From positions 869,672 to 933,671 of the forward strand of contig CAWIGG010000004.1 of assembly GCA_963835575.1 (NCBI GenBank): a DNA stretch of 64,000 nt, given 5' to 3'. Shown here one piece after another: positions 9,138-19,118 of this stretch. Made by a program: the position numbers and the translations under genes. Source of the DNA: an uncultured Spirochaetota bacterium. Lineage in GTDB: Bacteria > Spirochaetota > Brevinematia > Brevinematales > JAOACQ01. A model generated the notes under the pieces. It was not told the DNA's origin. It made no database searches and was given only the letters and a program-made list of their open reading frames with translations. Numbering within the stretch: position 1 is the stretch's first letter; the number at the start of each line of letters is the position of its first letter.

Positions 9138-10526
9138 ATGTGGAATTTTATGAAAGTCTTTTGCAGTTTATTATTATGCTTATTTATTGCCGGATATATC
9201 TATCCCGGTGATGTTTTAACCCTGACCCTCAGCAATGCCCTGGATCTGGCATTAAAGAACAATCTGGACGTTCTTCAAGCCGATAAAGATGTCCGTGTGG
9301 CGGAAGCTCTGGTGGGGCAGAGCTATGCCGATTTGCTCATTCCTACTGTTACCGCATCGGGCAATTTCAGTTATCTTGACCCGAAAACGGCCAGCAAGGG
9401 AGTTGTCACCGAGCCCTACGGGTCGCAGAATGCTGTCATCACAAATACTTTTCCGGACAACTATTCAGGAGCATTAGGCATTACAAAACCGCTTTTCCAG
9501 GGATTCAAATACTGGAACGCCGCTGTGACGCAGAGGCTGAACCTTGTCCTCGCGCAGAACAAGCTGCAGGACACTATAAAGAACGTTCAGATGACCATCA
9601 TGACGAATTTTTATGATCTTTTTCTTTACCGTGAAAATGTCCGGATCAACAATGAAATCGATCAAAACCTGAAAGGAAAAGTGGACTCCGCCGAGATCAG
9701 CAATAAAAGAGGCATGATATCGGAGCTGGATTATTTGAAGGCCATACTTCCATATAAAACAAATATCCCCAAGCTTACCAAGGCAAGGCATGATGAAATT
9801 TCCGCCAAAGTCGCGCTCTGTGATTCTCTTAATTTAACTAATTATGATGGAGTGGAATTTATCGGGAGTTTTCTGGATATTACCAATTATGCCGGGGAAG
9901 AGACCAATGAAGAGTATCTTTTTATTGAAACTGTTTCCAACGATATTACCCTCCAGACGATTGTCTATAATATCGACAGCGCGAAATTGACCAAACAGAC
10001 GCAGGAATGGTCCCGCCTGCCGTCGTTAACGGCCGGTTTCAATTATGATTATGATTATAAGAAAAATGATTTTTCTTCATTTGATAATACACGGTACTGG
10101 CAGCCTTCCTGGACATTTAATTTACAGCTTTCCATGCCAATCGATGATCTTCTGCCTTTTTCCTCATCGGCAAAAAATATTGAGTCTCAGGATGAAAACA
10201 TAAAAAAACTGGAATTTTCGCGGCAGAGCCAGGTGAATACCTTAAGAGAAACTGTAATAACATCACTCCATCAGATAGAGGAATTGAAGGAAACGGCTCA
10301 AAGCCAGGCCGATAACCTGGAAATCGCGCGGAGAACACTGGAGATGACAAAACTGCAGCTGGGAAGGGGTAACGTGACCGGGCTTGATCTTCAGGACGCG
10401 CAGATCAGCTATGACCAGGCCCTTCTGGCGTATTACCAGTCTTTGTACGATTATATTTCTGCGGTTTTGAAGCAAAGGCGGACGAGCGGATTAAGCTTGT
10501 TCGGAAAGAGTTTTCCGAAAACATAA
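9138..10526 (+). CDS. TolC-family outer-membrane efflux protein
   Basis: Signal peptide, LTLSNALDLALKNN start, duplicated OEP helical repeats; heads an operon with an MFP and an ABC transporter. Confidence 0.85.
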   Translation: MWNFMKVFCSLLLCLFIAGYIYPGDVLTLTLSNALDLALKNNLDVLQADKDVRVAEALVGQSYADLLIPTVTASGNFSYLDPKTASKGVVTEPYGSQNAVITNTFPDNYSGALGITKPLFQGFKYWNAAVTQRLNLVLAQNKLQDTIKNVQMTIMTNFYDLFLYRENVRINNEIDQNLKGKVDSAEISNKRGMISELDYLKAILPYKTNIPKLTKARHDEISAKVALCDSLNLTNYDGVEFIGSFLDITNYAGEETNEEYLFIETVSNDITLQTIVYNIDSAKLTKQTQEWSRLPSLTAGFNYDYDYKKNDFSSFDNTRYWQPSWTFNLQLSMPIDDLLPFSSSAKNIESQDENIKKLEFSRQSQVNTLRETVITSLHQIEELKETAQSQADNLEIARRTLEMTKLQLGRGNVTGLDLQDAQISYDQALLAYYQSLYDYISAVLKQRRTSGLSLFGKSFPKT

Positions 10527-10550
10527 ACTGTGAGAAGAGAGGAAGAGGAT

Positions 10551-11807
10551 ATGAAAAAAAGAACTTTGCTGATTATCGGCATTGCGGTTGTTATTATCGC
10601 CGCCGTTGTTATATTCCTGAATCTGCCCCATAAGCAATATTTTCAGTATGTGAATATTCAGAGAGGGGATATAGAACAGACAATAGCCAGCACCGGTAAC
10701 CTTCAGTTTGATAAAACGAATAATGTCAACGCGCAGATCGCCGGGACAATTGCCGGGGTTTATACGGATTTTAATAAAAAGGTTTATAAAGGCCAGCTTC
10801 TGACCAAGCTTGATGATTCCCTTCTTGCGGCGGCTGTGGATGAAGCAAAAGCCAATCTGGATAACGCAAAAGCGCTGCTTATAAAAGCCCAGCAGGATTA
10901 TGATGATGCCAAAGCCCTTTTTGATCAGAAATTTAAGGCCCAAACGGACCTGAATACGGCCGCGAATACCCTTGTAAGCGCAAAGGTCGCGGTTGAAACG
11001 ATGCAGGCGGAATTGGAAAAAGCGCAGATCAATTTGAAATATGCTTATATCCGGTCCCCCATGAACGGTTTTGTTGTCCAGAAAAACGCCGAAATCGGCC
11101 AGGTTGTCAGTACCGGAAGCATTCCTCTTTTCATCATCGCTTCCGACAGGTCTAAAATGCAGATCCTGGCGGCGGTCGCCGAAGGGGATATCAGCCAGGT
11201 AAAGCGGGGAGAAAAGTCCCGTTTTACAGTGCAGGCCTACAGCGATAAAACATTCAACGGCACTGTGAGCGATATTTATCTTCAGCCTGTCATCATACAG
11301 AATGTCGTCAATTTTACTGTTGTCATAGATTTTATTGATAAGGAAGGCCTCCTTATGCCTGGAATGACGGCCACAATCGACATCGTCACGGATTCGAGGA
11401 CCAATATTTTAAAAATCCCGAACAGCGTCCTGAAGTTCCGGCCTACACAGCAGATGTACAGGCAGTTCTTCGGCAATGCCACGAATAATAATATGAACCG
11501 GTTCAGAGGAACAAACCAGGGAATGGCAAACCGCCAGACCGGCCAGCAAAGTATGAGGACAAACCAGCAGAACGGGACGGTACTCTGGATTTCGGATGAA
11601 AAAACCGGCAGGGTTCAGCCTGTAAGGGTTAAATTAGGAATGTCTGACGGCCAGATGACGGAAATAGAATCGGACAGAATCAGCGAGGGGATGAGCGTCA
11701 TCAGCGGCCTGTCCAATCAGAACGGCCAGTCCGGCCGGAACATAAGTCAAAGTACATCGCCCTTCCAGGGTGCTTTTCCGGGCGGCGGCGGCATGGGCAT
11801 GCGCTAA
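10551..11807 (+). CDS. MacA-like periplasmic adaptor (membrane fusion protein)
   Basis: N-terminal TM, AQIAGTI...VYKGQLL lipoyl half, IRSPMNG, LMPGMTA. Confidence 0.88.
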   Translation: MKKRTLLIIGIAVVIIAAVVIFLNLPHKQYFQYVNIQRGDIEQTIASTGNLQFDKTNNVNAQIAGTIAGVYTDFNKKVYKGQLLTKLDDSLLAAAVDEAKANLDNAKALLIKAQQDYDDAKALFDQKFKAQTDLNTAANTLVSAKVAVETMQAELEKAQINLKYAYIRSPMNGFVVQKNAEIGQVVSTGSIPLFIIASDRSKMQILAAVAEGDISQVKRGEKSRFTVQAYSDKTFNGTVSDIYLQPVIIQNVVNFTVVIDFIDKEGLLMPGMTATIDIVTDSRTNILKIPNSVLKFRPTQQMYRQFFGNATNNNMNRFRGTNQGMANRQTGQQSMRTNQQNGTVLWISDEKTGRVQPVRVKLGMSDGQMTEIESDRISEGMSVISGLSNQNGQSGRNISQSTSPFQGAFPGGGGMGMR

Positions 11808-11819
11808 AAAGAGGATAAA

Positions 11820-12551
11820 ATGAAAGATAATGATGATATAATCAGAACAACCGGGTTGACAAAAATATACCAGGCGGGCGAAGTCCAGGTTGAAGCGCTG
11901 AAAGGCATAGATATGGTGATCCGCCGGGGGGAATTCACGGCGATCATGGGGGCTTCCGGTTCAGGTAAAAGCACATTGATGAATATTCTGGGCTGCCTGG
12001 ATGTCCCGACAGCGGGGGATTATTACCTTGAGGAAATCCGTGTGAACACCCTTTCCCATGACGAGCTGAGCGATATCCGCAACAGAAAAATCGGTTTTGT
12101 GTTCCAGGGGTTCAATCTTCTGGCCCGCACCAGCGCGCTGGCAAACGCGGAGCTTCCGCTTCTTTATAACAGGAATAATGAGGGGCATGACCCGGAAAAA
12201 AGGGCCATTCAGGCGCTGGAACAGGTCGGTTTGAGGGACAGGATGCACCATTTTCCCAATCAGCTTTCCGGAGGCCAGCAGCAGCGCGTGGCCATAGCGA
12301 GGGCGCTGGTCAATAACCCGGCCCTGATCCTGGCGGATGAGCCGACGGGAAACCTTGACACTAAAACAAGCGTGGAGATCATCGCCGTTTTTCAGGAATT
12401 GAATAAACAGGGCATCACGGTGGTCATTGTCACTCATGAGAACGATATCGCGGAATACACGAAAAGGATCATCGAATTCCGGGACGGAATTATCATGAGG
12501 GACCATAAAAACCCGAAGCCGAGAAACGCTTCGGTGGAAACCGGCAGATAA
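11820..12551 (+). CDS. MacB/LolD-type ABC ATP-binding subunit
   Basis: [39 protein letters not shown]. Confidence 0.95.
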   Translation: MKDNDDIIRTTGLTKIYQAGEVQVEALKGIDMVIRRGEFTAIMGASGSGKSTLMNILGCLDVPTAGDYYLEEIRVNTLSHDELSDIRNRKIGFVFQGFNLLARTSALANAELPLLYNRNNEGHDPEKRAIQALEQVGLRDRMHHFPNQLSGGQQQRVAIARALVNNPALILADEPTGNLDTKTSVEIIAVFQELNKQGITVVIVTHENDIAEYTKRIIEFRDGIIMRDHKNPKPRNASVETGR

Positions 12552-12567
12552 GGGCGGCGGAGGAATT

Positions 12568-13785
12568 ATGCGGCTGCAGGACCTTTTAACAATCGCATTT
12601 CAATCCATCTTTAAAAATAAAATGCGGAGCTTTCTAACCATGCTCGGCATCATCATCGGCGTCGGCGCCGTGATTGTTATGGTCTCCATCGGTCAGGGAG
12701 CTCAAAAGCAGATCAAGGACCAGATCCAGGGCCTTGGGGTCAATCTGCTGACTGTTTTTCCTGTCGCGTTCAGGCAGGGCGGCGTCAGTTACGGCGGAGG
12801 ATCACTTTCGCGCCTGACGGTCGACGATGTGAATAAACTCAAAAAAGAAAGCACGCTCCTTGCCGGTGTTTCCCCGGTCATCCGCACGAGCGCCCAGGTG
12901 ATCGGCGGCTCAGGGAACTGGAGCACTTCTATTATGGGTGTTTCCCCTGACTATCTGATCATCCGGGACTGGAGCTTATCGAGCGGCAGCCCGTTCACGG
13001 ATAATGATGTCCGGGCGCAGACAAGGGTATGCCTGATCGGTTATACTGTTGCCACAAATCTTTTCGGCAGCAGCGACCCTGTTAACCAGAGGCTCAGGAT
13101 CCGAAGCGAACCTTTTAAAATTATCGGTGTGCTTTCCGTTAAAGGCCTGGCAGGCAGCGGGGTCGACCAGGATGATGTTATCCTTGGCCCGTACACGACA
13201 GTCCAGAACAGGCTCAGCCAGAACCGGTATATCCAGCAGATCCTCTGCAGCAGCGTTTCCGCGGAGCAGATGGATAATGCCCAGGATGAGATCCGCTCCT
13301 TATTGCGGGAAACCCATAAAATCCCGGAAGGGGCCGATGAAGACTTTACCGTCCGGAACCAGGCTGATGTGATCAATACGGCCAATCAGACCACGGGGAT
13401 ACTCACGGCGTTTCTGGCCGCGATCGCCGGGATTTCGCTCCTTGTCGGCGGCATCGGGATTATGAATATTATGCTTGTTTCCGTTACTGAAAGGACAAGG
13501 GAAATCGGCATACGGATGGCCGTCGGCGCGAGAAGCCTGGACATACTGATGCAGTTTCTTGTGGAAGCCGTTGTACTTTCTCTTACGGGAGGGATCATCG
13601 GTATTATACTGGGCTTTTTAGTCACTGTTTTTATACAGGTTGTCTTTAACTGGTCCATGGTATTCTCTTTTCAGACGATTCTATTGTCGTTTGTTTTTTC
13701 CTTTATCGTGGGCGCGTTTTTCGGTTTTTATCCCGCAAGAAAGGCATCATCTTTGAACCCGATCGACGCTCTCAGGTACGAATAA
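12568..13785 (+). CDS. MacB/FtsX-type ABC permease
   Basis: RSFLTMLGIIIGVGAV, GGIGIMNIMLVSVTERTREIGIRMAVGA, YPARKASSLNPIDALRYE. Confidence 0.95.
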   Translation: MRLQDLLTIAFQSIFKNKMRSFLTMLGIIIGVGAVIVMVSIGQGAQKQIKDQIQGLGVNLLTVFPVAFRQGGVSYGGGSLSRLTVDDVNKLKKESTLLAGVSPVIRTSAQVIGGSGNWSTSIMGVSPDYLIIRDWSLSSGSPFTDNDVRAQTRVCLIGYTVATNLFGSSDPVNQRLRIRSEPFKIIGVLSVKGLAGSGVDQDDVILGPYTTVQNRLSQNRYIQQILCSSVSAEQMDNAQDEIRSLLRETHKIPEGADEDFTVRNQADVINTANQTTGILTAFLAAIAGISLLVGGIGIMNIMLVSVTERTREIGIRMAVGARSLDILMQFLVEAVVLSLTGGIIGIILGFLVTVFIQVVFNWSMVFSFQTILLSFVFSFIVGAFFGFYPARKASSLNPIDALRYE

Positions 13786-13797
13786 ACACATTTAAAC

Positions 13798-14381
13798 GAC
13801 CCCAATTCGGCAGGATCAGCAGGATTTGTCAGGATTCTTGGAATAAAATTTCACAGGAAGACGGGAAGGCACGAAGGGAAATTAACGTCACTTTATTTTT
13901 AATTGGAAATGTTCATCATAATTTCTTTGTGGTAATATCCGATGGTGCACACGGATGATGCAGGTAATGTGGATTTGCACGGATCTTGGGATTGGGTACG
14001 ACTGAGGTAACCACAGATTTCACAGATTACATAGACAGGGAGCGAGGAATCGGAGGAAATTGTTTTGGAGTTGCGCACTGTGAACAAGGTATAGCCTCCT
14101 CCTAAAATCCCTATTCACAAATGTCCTATATCATATCCGGCTTCGAATAAAACTTTACAGGCATCGTTAAGTAATACTAAATCCTATAAATCCGCCTTCA
14201 TCCATGCAATCTGTGTGAAATGGGGTCGCTCATTAAGCTTTAATAAAACAAAAAGGACATCTCAATCAAAATCTCTCATCTACCGGGCGTAGCCCCCGAT
14301 TTCAGTCCTTTCCGTGAAATTCTGTGGTAGACTTCGCGTTTTCCTGTATAATTCTAAAAAAAATCCTGATTTATTGGGGTC
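13798..14381. repeat. Gene-less stack of nested inverted repeat modules built from 9/10-bp phased units
   Basis: Forward modules: A GACCCCAATTCGGCAGGAT.. (13798), B ACAGGAAGACGGGAAG (13853), C GTAATATCCGAT..CACACGGAT.. (13932), D AACCACAGATTTCACAGAT (14009). Reverse partners: 14171-14227, 14311-14328 (D'), 14332-14347 (B'), 14361-14381 (A'). Confidence 0.75.
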
Positions 14382-14494
14382 AATACTTAAAAGAATTTTA
14401 AAGGACAGAACTTTTCTTAATTTATTTTTGAATTTAAATTCAATCATTTGTATAATTTATACAATTGATTTATATTTTTATCAGGAATAGTATA

Positions 14495-15829
14495 ATGAAT
14501 AAGGATAAATCTACTCCGCTGTTTGAAAACATGAAGCATACGTTCAGGGCTTTCCGGAACAGGAATTACCGGCTTTTTTTCGGCGGCCAGGGTATTTCCC
14601 TCGTCGGGACCTGGCTCCAGCAGATCGCGATGGGCTGGCTCGTTTACAGTATGACAAACTCAAAATTTCTACTCGGGTTTGTCAGTTTTTCGGGCCAGAT
14701 ACCGCTTCTGTTCCTGACGCCGCTGGCCGGGGTCCTGAGCGACAGGCTGAACCGCCGGACAATTCTGATTATAACACAGACGCTTTCCATGGTCCAGGCT
14801 TTGATATTGAGCGTTCTCGTGTTGACAGGGAATATACAGGTATGGCATATCATAGTCCTGTCGATATTTCTGGGCACGGTAAACGGGTTTGATATGCCGA
14901 TACGTCAGGCGTTTGTCGTGGAAATGGTCGAAAAAAGAGAGGACCTCAGCAATGCCATTGCCCTGAATTCGGCCATGTTTAACGGAGCGCGTTTTATCGG
15001 TCCTTCCATCGGAGGTTTGCTCATCGCTGTTGTCGGCGAAGGGATGTGCTTTTTGCTGAACGGCATTAGTTATATAGCCGTTATTATCGCCCTGTTCCAG
15101 ATAAGGACAAAGTTCAAAAAAAGAGAAGTAAAAAAAGAAAAAATCTTAACTGAATTAAAGGAAGGTTTTAAGTACACATTCGGTTTTCCGCCTCTGCGCG
15201 ACATCATTCTTTTTATCGCGCTGGTCAGCCTGACGGCTATGCCCTATGCCGTCATCATGCCGGTCTTCGCGAAGGATATTCTCCATGGCGGGCCGCAGTC
15301 GCTCGGGTTTCTGATGACGGCTGTCGGCGCGGGCGCCCTTACGGGAGCGCTTTATCTCGCCTCGCGTAAAAACGTTCTGGGTCTTGGCAAAATCATTGCC
15401 GGGGCCGCGCTTTTTTTTGGAACAGGGCTGATTCTTTTTTCTATTTCCCGTCTGCATTGGCTTTCTCTGGTTATTCTCTATTTTACCGGGATCGGTATGA
15501 TGATACAGACAGCCAGCTGCAATACTTTACTGCAGACAATCACGGATGATGATAAACGGGGAAGGGTGATGAGCTTTTATTCCATGTCGTTCATGGGCAT
15601 GGCGCCCTTCGGCAGTCTTTTAGTAGGCTTTTTATCTGACAGGATCAGCGCGCCGGCAACCGTTGCAATCGGGGGTATTTGCTGTATTCTGGCCGGTGTA
15701 TTATTTTCCAGAAGGCTTCCAGATCTTCGAAAACTGATTCACCCGATTTATATCAGGAAAGGGATCATAAAGGAGATTGAGATCGGGCTTGAATCGGCCG
15801 CTCAGTTGACAAGGCCTCCGGACGCTTGA
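14495..15829 (+). CDS. MFS transporter (MFS_3/EntS-like)
   Basis: 12 TM pattern, RNYRLFFGGQGISLVGTW, AGVLSDRLNRR motif A, RGRVMS. Confidence 0.9.
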   Translation: MNKDKSTPLFENMKHTFRAFRNRNYRLFFGGQGISLVGTWLQQIAMGWLVYSMTNSKFLLGFVSFSGQIPLLFLTPLAGVLSDRLNRRTILIITQTLSMVQALILSVLVLTGNIQVWHIIVLSIFLGTVNGFDMPIRQAFVVEMVEKREDLSNAIALNSAMFNGARFIGPSIGGLLIAVVGEGMCFLLNGISYIAVIIALFQIRTKFKKREVKKEKILTELKEGFKYTFGFPPLRDIILFIALVSLTAMPYAVIMPVFAKDILHGGPQSLGFLMTAVGAGALTGALYLASRKNVLGLGKIIAGAALFFGTGLILFSISRLHWLSLVILYFTGIGMMIQTASCNTLLQTITDDDKRGRVMSFYSMSFMGMAPFGSLLVGFLSDRISAPATVAIGGICCILAGVLFSRRLPDLRKLIHPIYIRKGIIKEIEIGLESAAQLTRPPDA

Positions 15830-15835
15830 TTCTCT

Positions 15836-16000
15836 TTATGCCCGGCCGGCCACGCTTTTCATGTACTTCTTCGGTTTTTTAACAAACAAATCCCGGCAAT
15901 CCTTAGAACAGAAATAATAAGTCTTGTCGACAATTTCGATTTCGGCAAACGCATCCCATTTTTCCAGTTCCATTCCGCAAACGGGATCTTTTTCTTTCAT
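15836..16000 (-). CDS. YHS/TRASH-domain small metal-binding protein (54 aa, not in the ORF track)
   Basis: GGAGG RBS; MKEKDPVCGMEL...YYFCSKDCRDLFVKKPKKY; its own TTGACG-N17-TATAAT promoter on the minus strand at 16029-16057. Confidence 0.85.
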   Translation of the reverse strand: MKEKDPVCGMELEKWDAFAEIEIVDKTYYFCSKDCRDLFVKKPKKYMKSVAGRA

Positions 16001-16117
16001 AAAAACCTCCATCGATTAGATTATTTAAATTATAATTCCAGAAACTGTTTGCGTCAAGGCGGTACAACATTTGTTTCTATGCGTTAGAGGCCGGGTAAAA
16101 TAACAATGCTATTGATT

Positions 16118-16161
16118 TAAGGGCAGTTCCAAAAACTTTAAGGTTTTTGGAACTGCCCTTA
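16118..16161. repeat. 19-bp-arm perfect inverted repeat in a divergent promoter region
   Basis: TAAGGGCAGTTCCAAAAAC-tttaag-GTTTTTGGAACTGCCCTTA. Confidence 0.85.
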
Positions 16162-16170
16162 TAATAATTA

Positions 16171-16199
16171 TTGCTAAAAAACGAATAATTTATTATAAT
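16171..16199 (+). promoter_or_regulatory. Sigma70-type promoter for the hydrogenase operon
   Basis: TTGCTA-N17-TATAAT about 90 bp upstream of the first gene. Confidence 0.6.
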
Positions 16200-16290
16200 A
16201 TCCAGTTAGAGTTCATTGTCCCATAGAAGATTAGATCAATATTCACATCACTTAAAAATCACTGCATTTCTCTAATCCGAGGAGGAAAAC

Positions 16291-16779
16291 ATGTTTGAAA
16301 AGAAAGAAGCGGCTGTTCACCTGACCGAAAAACTCATCGCCTTTATTGATAAATGGAAACATGTGGAAGGCAGTTTGATCATGATCCTGCACAGCGTTCA
16401 GGAAGAATACGGCTATATACCGCGTGAAGTCGCCCTTCAGCTGTCCAGGATGCTGAACGTCCCCCTGGCGAAAATATACGGGGTTATCACGTTCTATCAT
16501 TTCTTCAAGCTTAAAAAGCCCGGCAAATATAATATAGCCGTCTGCATGGGGACGGCCTGCTACTTAAAAGGCGGAGAGGACATCCTGAACGAGCTGGAAA
16601 CGCACCTCGGGATCGGCGTGGGCGGCATTACGGAGGACAGTCTCTTCTCACTGGAAGCTGTACGGTGCGTCGGCTGCTGCGGCCTTTCCCCTGTGCTGAC
16701 GATCAATAACGAAGTATTCGGGCGGCTGACAAAAAAGGGAATACCGGAAATCCTCTCAAAATTCAAGAGTAAGGTATAA
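16291..16779 (+). CDS. NuoE-like [2Fe-2S] subunit of a multimeric [FeFe]-hydrogenase (HydC/HndA type)
   Basis: QEEYGYIP, VITFYHFF, CMGTAC, CVGCCG. Confidence 0.9.
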   Translation: MFEKKEAAVHLTEKLIAFIDKWKHVEGSLIMILHSVQEEYGYIPREVALQLSRMLNVPLAKIYGVITFYHFFKLKKPGKYNIAVCMGTACYLKGGEDILNELETHLGIGVGGITEDSLFSLEAVRCVGCCGLSPVLTINNEVFGRLTKKGIPEILSKFKSKV

Positions 16780-16793
16780 AAAAGGGGGTTATT

Positions 16794-17183
16794 ATGTCAA
16801 AGCTGAATTTAAAGTCCCTGCAAACATTAAGGGAAAATGAAAAGAAAAAAATAAAGGATAAATTGTCGGAAGGTAAATTAACGACCATTTTGGTCGGCAT
16901 GGGCACATGCGGCATAGCCGCCGGCGCGAAAGAAAGCATGAAGACCTTCATCGAGCAGGTGGAGAAAATGGGGCTGAAAGATGTGGAGGTCAAACCGACC
17001 GGGTGTATGGGGAGCTGTTTCGCGGAGCCGACCGTGGAGGTCATTTCTCCCGGTATGCCGGCCGTTCTTTACGGCAGAGTCACGCCGGGAACGGCAAAAA
17101 AAATCCTGGAGCGGCATGTTGTCCAGAAGCTGTTATTGAACGATAATATTTTTGACAAACCGGCGATGGATATTTTGAAGTAA
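16794..17183 (+). CDS. Thioredoxin-like [2Fe-2S] ferredoxin subunit (HydD/HndB type)
   Basis: VGMGTCGIAAGA, TGCMGSCFAEPTVEV. Confidence 0.88.
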   Translation: MSKLNLKSLQTLRENEKKKIKDKLSEGKLTTILVGMGTCGIAAGAKESMKTFIEQVEKMGLKDVEVKPTGCMGSCFAEPTVEVISPGMPAVLYGRVTPGTAKKILERHVVQKLLLNDNIFDKPAMDILK

Positions 17184-17201
17184 AAGGGGGCAGTCAATCA
17201 T

Positions 17202-18988
17202 ATGACATATAAAAAGTATGTTCTTGTCTGCGGCTGCGCGAACTGCGACAAAAATAACTCGCATGAAATTTATGAAAATATCAATAAAGAACTGATCGCG
17301 GAAGGATTAAAGGAAGAAGTCCAGGTGGTCAAGGCCGGCTGTTTCGGCTTCTGCGGACAGGGGCCTGTCGTGAAAATACTTCCCGAAGAAACGATGTATG
17401 TGCATGTCGGGCCGGGCGACGCCGCGGCGATTGTCAAAGAACATCTGAAAAATGGAAAGGTTGTAGCGCGCCTTCTTTATGATAAGAGTTTGAGCAGGAA
17501 GAACGTCAAAATTAAAGACATGGATTTTTATCAAAAGCAGTTCCGCATCGTTTTGCGCAACTGCGGTGTGATCAACCCGGAAAGCATAAATGAATATATA
17601 GCCCGCGACGGGTATAAAGCCCTGGAAAGGGCGTTGTTTGAAATGAAGCCCGGTGATATTATCGAGGAATTGAAAACCGCCGGGCTCCGCGGCAGGGGCG
17701 GAGCGGGCTATCCGACATGGAAAAAATGGGTCCTTACAAAAGATGAGAACTCGGACATCAAGTATGTCGTCTGCAACGCGGATGAGGGAGACCCGGGCGC
17801 CTATATGAACCGGAGCACCATCGAAGGCGACCCGCACAGTATTCTCGAGGCGATGACTGTCTGCGGCTATACTGTCGGCTCCCATAACGGCTATATCTAC
17901 ATCCGCGCCGAGTATCCGCTTGCCATTCAAAGGCTGGAAATAGCGATAAAACAGGCGCATGAGCTGGGGCTCCTCGGCAAAAACATCCTCGGAAGCGGTT
18001 TTGATTTCGACATCGAGATCCGCCTCGGAGCGGGAGCGTATGTCTGCGGAGAGGAAACGGCGCTGATCGCTTCCATAGAAGGGAACAGGGGTATGCCGAG
18101 GCCCAGGCCTCCATTCCCTTCAGCAAAAGGGCTCTGGAACAAACCGACCGTGATCAATAACGCCGAAACCTGGGCTAATATTCCCGTCATCCTGACAAAG
18201 GGCGGGAAGTGGTTCTCGTCTATCGGCACAGAAACATCGAAAGGAACAAAGGTTTTCGCTCTGACGGGAAAGGTCAATAATTCCGGCCTGGTCGAGGTCC
18301 CGATGGGGACAACTTTGAGGGAAGTGATTTTCGACATCGGCGGCGGAATAAAAGACGGCAGAGAGTTCAAAGCGGCCCAGAGCGGCGGGCCTTCGGGCGG
18401 CGTCATTCCGGCGGAATATCTGGACACGCCCATCGACTATGAGAATCTGCAGAAACTGGGCGCCATCATGGGCTCGGCGGGCTGATCGTCATGGACGAGG
18501 ACGACTGCATGGTCGACATAGCGAAGTTTTACATGCAGTTCGCCGTGGACGAGAGCTGCGGGAAATGCTCGCCTTGCCGGATCGGGGGAAAACAGCTTCT
18601 GGAAACCCTTGAGTTGATCAGTAAAGGAAAGGGGCAGATGGAGCACCTGGCCAACCTCAAAAGGATTTGTTTCGCGATGCAGAAGGCCTCTCTCTGCGGA
18701 CTGGGGCAGAATACGCCGAACCCGGTGCTTTCCACGCTCAAGTATTTCGAGGGCGAATATATCGACCATATTCAGAATAAGAAATGCCATTCCGGATCAT
18801 GCAAGAGCCTTATCAGCTTTGTTATCGATCCTGAAAAATGCATCGGCTGCGGCCTCTGCGCCATGAAATGCCCGGTGAACTGCATCGGCGGTGAAAAACG
18901 GAAGCCCTATACGATCGATCAGATCGAGTGCATCAAATGCGGCGAATGCTTTGAAGTCTGCAAATTCGGCGCCGTGATCAGGCAGTAA
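17202..18988 (+). CDS. NuoF-like FMN/NAD(P)H-binding subunit (HydB/HndC type), split by a 1-nt frameshift near 18476
   Basis: GLRGRGGAG, NADEGDPG, CGEETAL, GGPSGG, then ESCGKCSPCR, SLCGLG and a 2[4Fe-4S] domain in the next frame. Adding one G to ggctcggcgggctg restores GSGGLIVMDE. Confidence 0.9.
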
Positions 18989-18995
18989 CAGCAAG

Positions 18996-19103
18996 TTGCA
19001 ATCAATATTAGAGCAACTTTGTTGTGCGGGACTCGGCTCTGACTTACGAAAGTGTTTCTCTGCCGGGGAAAGAGCACAACAAATAGCTGCTTTTTGATTG
19101 CAA
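18996..19103. repeat. Long imperfect intercistronic stem-loop
   Basis: TTGCAATCAA..AGCAAC TTTGTTGTGC pairs with GCACAACAAA..GCTGCT..TTGATTGCAA; inner CGGC/GCCG stem. Confidence 0.7.
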
Positions 19104-19118
19104 GATAAAGGGGGAAAT

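Noticed and set aside
11470-11580. N/Q/M-rich low-complexity stretch in the MacA-like protein
   Set aside because: An ordinary disordered insertion seen in this adaptor family; there is no DNA-level repeat.
13899-14087. 62-aa ORF as cargo of the nested repeat stack
   Set aside because: It is read through the repeat modules themselves (ICEICG-type translation) and has no recognisable domain.
13798-14381. CRISPR or TIGR-like guide array
   Set aside because: Units are 9-10 bp with only 3-4 per array, arranged as inverted pairs. There is no constant repeat with unique spacers and no cas or tas gene.
16171-16248. Rex operator upstream of the hydrogenase operon
   Set aside because: Only half-site matches (TTGCTAA, TTCACAT), with too many mismatches to TTGTGAA-N4-TTCACAA.
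18483-18485. Selenocysteine or readthrough TGA in hydB
   Set aside because: The downstream part is in a different frame and the position is not a Cys site. A 1-nt deletion explains it.
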